A stretch of DNA of 21,092 nt from contig JAHLWH010000158.1 of NCBI GenBank assembly GCA_019058015.1, positions 1 to 21,092 on the forward strand, given 5' to 3'. This DNA is from Promethearchaeota archaeon. GTDB taxonomy: Archaea; Asgardarchaeota; Lokiarchaeia; Sigyniarchaeales; SOKP01. The translations under genes and the position numbers were made by a program. The notes under the pieces were generated by a model that worked only from the letters and a program-made list of their open reading frames with translations, ran no database searches and was not told the DNA's origin. Below are positions 16,016 to 21,092 of this stretch, in pieces (the first letter of the stretch is position 1; each line of letters begins with the position of its first letter).

Positions 16016-17500
16016 CTAAAGATTATATGTCTGCCCTTGTTTTATGTTAAAACTACGCAGTTCTTTTAATATTACTTGATCTCCATTAGATAATTTAATT
16101 TTTTTTTCTTTTAAGCTAACTACAACACCACCTTTTGTTCCAAAAGTGTCAATCACTTTATCAAAAGGGAGTTCTAATTTTTTACCTATGATTTTTTTAG
16201 CACCAGCAAGGCTTTTTGCTAAATTATTAACAATAATTCCTTGAGGATGGTTAGAATTTTTGACTATACCCTTTTTGATTTTAAATTTATGTAATTTTAG
16301 AGGGTGTTCGTATATTTCTATTATTTCTCCTACTCCTACTATTCTAAGTGTAGTTGCTGGTAGGTCTAAACGGCTGATAAGGAATTTTTCATAATTTTTA
16401 CTTTGCTTATTTTTTAAGAATACTAAATTTTTAATTAAAACTGGTTCAATTGTAGATATTATTGCGTCAAAATTAACATCATTTTCGTTTTGATTAAATG
16501 CAATGAATTTATTGTTAATTTCTTTAAATGGAAAGATATAAGCAGGAATTGTATTCATTCCTAAGGTAATATGTGTTTGTATGCCAAATTTAAAACTTGC
16601 CTTATAATACTTATTTATATAAATTTTAGATTTAAACAAATTTCCCGAAATAAAATTTTCTTTATTACTTACAACATAACAACCTCTAAAAACTGCCTTA
16701 TAATCAAGTCCTTTAATTGCGATACCAACCCTATCACCGGCTTCAGCTTTACTAACATCTTGTTTGAATATTTGGAGTGATTTAACTCGCCCAGATTTAT
16801 TTATAGGAATAATATTTAAATTTTGATTTACTTTAATTGTTCCTTGAAGAATTGTACCAGTAATTACAGTTCCAATTCCTTTAATTGGAAAATGATGATC
16901 TATTGGAATTATTAAATCATTTGATTTATTTCTTTTCACTTTGATTTTGTTTAATAAATCTAATAAACCTTTTTTTAACTTTTCAAAACCTTTTTTATTC
17001 TTTGCAGAAACTGTAAAAATTGGAACATCTGAGCCAAATGAGGTACTCTTAAAAAAGGATGTAACTTTTTCTATTATTAGATTTAATTGTTCTTTTGAAA
17101 TAAGGTCGATTTTATTCAGTGCTACAATTATGTGGTTAATACCAAGTGATTCCAATATTATTAAATGTTCTCCAGTTTGTATTTGTGGCCCATGTACTGC
17201 ATCAATTACGATAATAGCACAATCAATAATATTAATTGATGCTACAACAATCCTTATTAAATCTGCATGACCTGGTAAGTCAACCAATGTTACTAAAAAT
17301 TTTTCTAAAATTAACGAAGTAAAACCCATGTCAATGGTAATACCTCTCTCTTTACTTTGAGGATGTGCATCTATTCCAGCAGTCGATACAAATTCGCTCA
17401 AAACTTCGGCGATTGCTGTTTTACCACCATCGATATGTCCAAATAACCCTACATTAACTGAAATTTTATCTTTGATATCAAGAGTATTAACTATTGGCAT
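16016..17500 (-). CDS. selB: Selenocysteine-specific translation elongation factor (archaeal SelB / eEFSec type)
   Basis: NVGLFGHIDGGKT, STAGIDAHPQSKERGITIDMGF, DLPGHADLIR, QTGEH, NKID, DHHFPIKGIGTV.TG, RLDLPATTLRI, FGTKG; no bacterial winged-helix SECIS-binding tail; tRNA-Sec and SepSecS nearby. Confidence 0.92.
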   Translation of the reverse strand: MPIVNTLDIKDKISVNVGLFGHIDGGKTAIAEVLSEFVSTAGIDAHPQSKERGITIDMGFTSLILEKFLVTLVDLPGHADLIRIVVASINIIDCAIIVIDAVHGPQIQTGEHLIILESLGINHIIVALNKIDLISKEQLNLIIEKVTSFFKSTSFGSDVPIFTVSAKNKKGFEKLKKGLLDLLNKIKVKRNKSNDLIIPIDHHFPIKGIGTVITGTILQGTIKVNQNLNIIPINKSGRVKSLQIFKQDVSKAEAGDRVGIAIKGLDYKAVFRGCYVVSNKENFISGNLFKSKIYINKYYKASFKFGIQTHITLGMNTIPAYIFPFKEINNKFIAFNQNENDVNFDAIISTIEPVLIKNLVFLKNKQSKNYEKFLISRLDLPATTLRIVGVGEIIEIYEHPLKLHKFKIKKGIVKNSNHPQGIIVNNLAKSLAGAKKIIGKKLELPFDKVIDTFGTKGGVVVSLKEKKIKLSNGDQVILKELRSFNIKQGQTYNL

Positions 17501-17615
17501 ACTAAATATTTAAAAATTAGTTCTTTAATCAAAATAATAATATATAATATATATTAATAATTTGCAATATTGAGAATTATAAAAGAAATCTATTAAGAAG
17601 ATTAGGTGAATTAAA

Positions 17616-18527
17616 ATAACAAACTTTTGCCCATATTGCGGTAAGAAATCGAAGTCAAGTGATAAATTCTGCATTTATTGTGGAAAACCACTTTTAACTG
17701 GTCTTGAAAAGCCAGAACCAGAGGAAAAGACAGAAATTGTTAAAACTGAAGAGAGTTTAAAAATAGAGGAAAAGGAGATTCCATCAATTGATGAGCCAAT
17801 AGAAGAGAAAGAGCAAATTGAGGTGGGAGAAAAAGAAGAAGTGAAACAAAAAAACGATAAAAAAGCAAAGAAAGTTAAAGAAAAGCATAAAGAAGAATTT
17901 AAAGAAATACCACCTCTCTCTGATGAGATTAAAAAGCGATTAGAATTAATGGTTGATCTCCGAGACATTAAAAATAAGAAAAAAAGACTTGCCGCAAAGT
18001 TTGAGGATGTGGAGAAATTAATTGAAGATGATCAATATGAAATAGATGCAGAATATACGGAAGATGTAAAGATTAAACTTGACGCGTTAAAAAAGATAAA
18101 ATCGGATTTAGAAGTAAAAGAGCAAGAGATTAAAGGTCAGATGGATGGCGAATTTGAATATTTCACATATGAAAAGATAATTGCTGAAAAAAAAGACCAA
18201 TTGAATTCATTGCATATAAATTTGAAACTTAGAAAAGTAGATAAGGAGATTTATGAAAATCTAAAATTGGAATATAAGAAAGAATTAGAAGAAGCAAAAC
18301 AAAATCTCAAAAATTTACAACTCGGCATAAAATTATGGTTAGCAAGAATAGAAGCCGAGAAATCTGATTTAAAAAGAGATTTAAAATTCTTAAAAGGTAG
18401 ATTAGGTACAAAAGAAATAAATGAAGATGAATTCAAACCTAAAGAGAAAGATTTAGAAGTTAAGATAAGAAAAAAGTACCTAATGATACAGACTCTGAAA
18501 AAATATACAAAAGATAAAAAAAAATAA
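17616..18527 (+). CDS. Zinc-ribbon + acidic linker + coiled-coil protein (CdvA-like coiled coil), about 303 aa; apparent ATA start
   Basis: Frame of the 17823 ORF extends upstream to TNFCPYCGKKSKSSDKFCIYCGKPL; in-frame TGA at 17607-17609; AGGTGA SD 6 nt before ATA 17616. Confidence 0.8.
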   Translation: MTNFCPYCGKKSKSSDKFCIYCGKPLLTGLEKPEPEEKTEIVKTEESLKIEEKEIPSIDEPIEEKEQIEVGEKEEVKQKNDKKAKKVKEKHKEEFKEIPPLSDEIKKRLELMVDLRDIKNKKKRLAAKFEDVEKLIEDDQYEIDAEYTEDVKIKLDALKKIKSDLEVKEQEIKGQMDGEFEYFTYEKIIAEKKDQLNSLHINLKLRKVDKEIYENLKLEYKKELEEAKQNLKNLQLGIKLWLARIEAEKSDLKRDLKFLKGRLGTKEINEDEFKPKEKDLEVKIRKKYLMIQTLKKYTKDKKK

Positions 18528-18594
18528 GTTTAAATTATTAAATTAAAAAATTTTATTTAAAATTAATAATTATTTTGATATGAGTTAAAAAAAT

Positions 18595-18720
18595 ATGAGA
18601 ATGAAAATAATTAGTGTTATTGCTCTTCTTGTTGCTTTAACATTCATAACGATAGGCTTAAGTATGAACCAAATAGACTTAATTTTCTCTTATTTTAATC
18701 AAATGGCAAACATACCTTAG
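18595..18720 (+). CDS. Small single-TM protein (41 aa), not in the ORF track
   Basis: MRMKIISVIALLVALTFITIGLSMNQIDLIFSYFNQMANIP; fills the gap between convergent genes and is more GC-rich than its flanks. Confidence 0.55.
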   Translation: MRMKIISVIALLVALTFITIGLSMNQIDLIFSYFNQMANIP

Positions 18721-18736
18721 TTATTTTTCTTTTATC

Positions 18737-19066
18737 TTATTTATCCCAAGGACTAATCGCTTTCTTTTTACTTGCTATACCATATCGTGAATTTTCAGTA
18801 AAGACATTTTTCTTCGTTAGTTTTTCTGCTGATTTGCGATATTTATTAGCAGCTTTATAATGCACCTTACATAAATAGAAATTCCTATCTTTTGATTTCT
18901 TTAATTTTAGATTTGCTCTCTCAGCATATGGCTCCCATTTTTGCTTTGATAAGGAGCGGATCGCAATTTCTCCGCATTCTTCAACCGTACATTTTTTATT
19001 TATCCTTCTGGGACCATTTCCTTTTTTATTCTGCTGTAATTCTTTAGGTAATTTCAAATAAACCAT
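18737..19066 (-). CDS. Small basic C2CH-type zinc-finger protein
   Basis: C-x4-C (CTVEEC), AIRSLS, LC-x2-HY (LCKVHYK); Lys/Arg rich. Confidence 0.7.
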   Translation of the reverse strand: MVYLKLPKELQQNKKGNGPRRINKKCTVEECGEIAIRSLSKQKWEPYAERANLKLKKSKDRNFYLCKVHYKAANKYRKSAEKLTKKNVFTENSRYGIASKKKAISPWDK

Positions 19067-19129
19067 TAATTATTTCTTTAAAATTATATTATAAAATTAA
19101 ATAGAAAAATAAAATTTTACGAATTATTC

Positions 19130-19777
19130 ATGAATAATAATAACATTGATATACAAATTATTAAAAGTAAATTATTAAACTTTGATTCTCCTGAAAGATT
19201 AAAAATTGAGCATGAATTATTTAAAAATTCTGCTGTGTTGTTTCCATTCATGGAGACTGACAAACTCCTCAACGTAATTCTCATCAAAAGAACAAATGTA
19301 GGAAAACGACATCGTAAAGAAATGTCATTTCCAGGAGGGAAATTTGATCCAAATCTCGATAATTCACTTCTAGATACAGCTCTTAGAGAAACTGAAGAGG
19401 AAATTGGTATTTCTAAAGAAAATATCAAAATACTCGGGTGTTTGGATGATTTACCAACCACTACAAGATATATTATAACTCCTTTCGTAGGTTTAATCCA
19501 AAGTGGAGCTCAAATGAAAAAACAAGATACTGAAGTAGAGAAAATTTATCAAATTCCCATGGATTTCTTTTTAGACCAACAAAATTTCACCGAAACTTAT
19601 TTTGAAATTGGTTCAAAAAAATTTCCAATTTACCGTTATCCAAAATATAATGTATGGGGCGCCACTGCGCATTTAATTGTATCATTTATATATAGAGTTT
19701 ATAGGGTATCTTTATCCAAATCTGGATTAAAACGACTTAATGTCGAACAACTAGCTGCAATCGAACTTCCTAAATAG
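19130..19777 (+). CDS. Nudix hydrolase, CoA pyrophosphatase (NudL/NUDT7-like)
   Basis: SAVL.P, L.KR....RH..EMSFPGGK.D, Nudix box TALRETEEEIG, ITPFVG, EV..I..IP, VWGATA. Confidence 0.9.
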   Translation: MNNNNIDIQIIKSKLLNFDSPERLKIEHELFKNSAVLFPFMETDKLLNVILIKRTNVGKRHRKEMSFPGGKFDPNLDNSLLDTALRETEEEIGISKENIKILGCLDDLPTTTRYIITPFVGLIQSGAQMKKQDTEVEKIYQIPMDFFLDQQNFTETYFEIGSKKFPIYRYPKYNVWGATAHLIVSFIYRVYRVSLSKSGLKRLNVEQLAAIELPK

Positions 19778-19835
19778 TATAAATGGATTAAAAAAATAAA
19801 GAAATATCATCTAACAGTTTAAACGGTTTCCTTGT

Positions 19836-19849
19836 GAAAAGTTTTATTC
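19836..19849 (+). promoter_or_regulatory. Candidate BRE-TATA for a leaderless crotonase transcript
   Basis: GAAAAG + TTTTATTC centred about 26 nt upstream of ATG 19871, no SD. Confidence 0.4.
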
Positions 19850-19870
19850 TATTTTACCATTCTACTTATT

Positions 19871-20695
19871 ATGGATATTAAAGATTTTAAGGATATTTTA
19901 GTTGAAAAGGAAGAAAATGGAATAGTCACTATTACATTAAACAGACCAGAACGTAAAAATGCACTCTCTTCGCTGTCTCTTTTGGAATTATGGTATGCAA
20001 TTGATATTGCGGAGAAAGATAAAGAAATTAAAATAGTTATTTTAACCGGTTGCGAAGAAGCTAAAGCTTTTTGTTCAGGAGGTTATTTTTCTAAGGATAT
20101 GTTTAAAGAAATTCCTTCTGAATATATTAAGGAAATCAATTTAAGAGATATGGCTTCAAAAAAATTATGTTTAAAATTCTGGAATTTCTCAAAACCAGTA
20201 ATTACGGCAATTAATGGTCTTGCTGTTGGTGGTGGCTTTACATTGCCTTTAGTCTGCTCTGATTTAGTTTATATTTCAGAAGATGCATGGATTGCACTTT
20301 TTTTTATCAAAAGAGCGGTTATGCCAGATTTTGCTACAACCTTTCTCCTGCCACTTGTTATTGGATTTCAAAGAGCAAAAGAATTATTCTATTTTGGAGA
20401 GAAACTTACCGCTCAGCAGGCTTATGACTTAAACATTGGAATTAATAAAGTTTTACCAAAAAAAAAGTTAATGCCTTACGTTAGGAAACAAGCATTACGA
20501 TTAATTCCTCCAATGGGTCCTAGTTTATCAATTAAATTAATGAAAAAGACGATGCATGCTTATTTTAAAGATATAATAGAAAAACAGTTAGATTTAGAAA
20601 ATAAAGGATGGATAAAAACACTAGTAAGTAAAGATTTTAATGAATCCTTAAATGGTTTAAAAGAAAAAAGAGAACCGAAATTTATTGGAAAATAA
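19871..20695 (+). CDS. Enoyl-CoA hydratase/isomerase (crotonase) family protein
   Basis: ITLNRPERKNALS, AFCSGG, KPVITAINGLAVGGG, IG..RAKEL...GE.L.A..A, EKREPKF.GK. Confidence 0.92.
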   Translation: MDIKDFKDILVEKEENGIVTITLNRPERKNALSSLSLLELWYAIDIAEKDKEIKIVILTGCEEAKAFCSGGYFSKDMFKEIPSEYIKEINLRDMASKKLCLKFWNFSKPVITAINGLAVGGGFTLPLVCSDLVYISEDAWIALFFIKRAVMPDFATTFLLPLVIGFQRAKELFYFGEKLTAQQAYDLNIGINKVLPKKKLMPYVRKQALRLIPPMGPSLSIKLMKKTMHAYFKDIIEKQLDLENKGWIKTLVSKDFNESLNGLKEKREPKFIGK

Positions 20696-20801
20696 GATAA
20701 TGATAAAAAATATCGAAAACATATTTTTTATTTTAAAATTCTTTTTATTTAATATCAATTCTTATAACACAAATACAAAAAATAATAAAACAATATCATA
20801 T

Positions 20802-20894
20802 GGCCTCTGACGGTTTGAGTGGTCTTAGACGCTGGACTTCAAATCCAGTTACTCTGCGAAGGAGTAGGGGTTCGATTCCCCTCGGAGGCCGCCA
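20802..20894 (+). tRNA. selC: tRNA-Sec (anticodon TCA), archaeal/eukaryotic 9/4 fold, CCA encoded
   Basis: 9-bp acceptor GGCCTCTGA/TCGGAGGCC; 7-bp D stem GTTTGAG/CTTAGAC with 4-nt loop; anticodon arm GCTGGA-CTTCAAA-TCCAGT (TCA at 20839-20841); long variable arm TACTCT/GGAGTA; 4-bp T stem GGGG-TTCGATT-CCCC; G discriminator + CCA. Confidence 0.96.
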
Positions 20895-20926
20895 TATTAT
20901 TTATTTATCATATATAGATTGAAAGA

Positions 20927-21092
20927 ATGAGTATGTTTGAAAAAAAAATAAAGGATTTAATTAAAGGCTCGAAAATTCCACAAAATATGATTAATAGGGG
21001 ACAAATTGTTCTAGATAATTGGTTAAAGCCAATTAAAAATTTATTAGAACAAAAACGAGTTCCGGAAGAGCCTTGGGAAGATGAGCAAATAA
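20927..21092 (+). CDS. spcS: O-phosphoseryl-tRNA(Sec) selenium transferase (SepSecS), 5' part only
   Basis: MSMFEKKIKDLIKGSKIPQNMINRGQIVLDNWLKPIKNLLEQKRVPEEPWEDEQI matches the archaeal SepSecS N-terminus (IP.NM..RG..VL...L..I.......K.PE....D..I); 32 nt after tRNA-Sec. Confidence 0.85.
   Translation, partial: MSMFEKKIKDLIKGSKIPQNMINRGQIVLDNWLKPIKNLLEQKRVPEEPWEDEQI

Noticed and set aside
1644-19461. Short antisense ORFs in the track (e.g. 1644-1877, 5090-5371, 6889-7134, 15638-15880, 16941-17270, 17675-17968, 19117-19461)
   Set aside because: All lie opposite well-supported genes and show no motifs; shadow ORFs
1-21092. CRISPR arrays, transposases, integrases, rRNA
   Set aside because: No spaced repeats, mobile-element ORFs or rRNA-like segments seen

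Overview
AT-rich archaeal window, most consistent with an Asgard (Lokiarchaeia-like) genome: it has a Loki-CTERM-type sorting tail, a roadblock protein, archaeal-type r-proteins and a 9/4-fold tRNA-Sec. Left to right: a partial membrane-protein gene; ribokinase plus a cupin; a 19-gene S10/spc-type ribosomal cluster (S19-L22-S3-L29-Rnp1-S17-L14-L24-S4e-L5-S14-S8-L6-L32e-L19e-L18-S5-L30-L15, with no L3/L4/L23/L2, SUI1 or secY attached); a probable cobalamin-uptake neighbourhood (IPGY-CTERM surface protein, DUF4430 protein, CbrT-like ECF S component) interrupted by a SAM methyltransferase and an unassigned ~195-nt structured RNA candidate; a roadblock gene; selenocysteine machinery (selB, tRNA-Sec, start of SepSecS) interleaved with a Zn-ribbon/CdvA-like coiled-coil protein, small proteins, a Nudix CoA pyrophosphatase and a crotonase. 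The ORF track misses or truncates several genes: S14, the 5' parts of S4e, L18 and the Zn-ribbon protein, SepSecS and tRNA-Sec. Most notable: the four-way-junction RNA candidate at 14443-14640, two genes that seem to initiate at ATA, and an A7 frameshift in essential rpl18. All family calls are by eye, from motifs; no searches were run.
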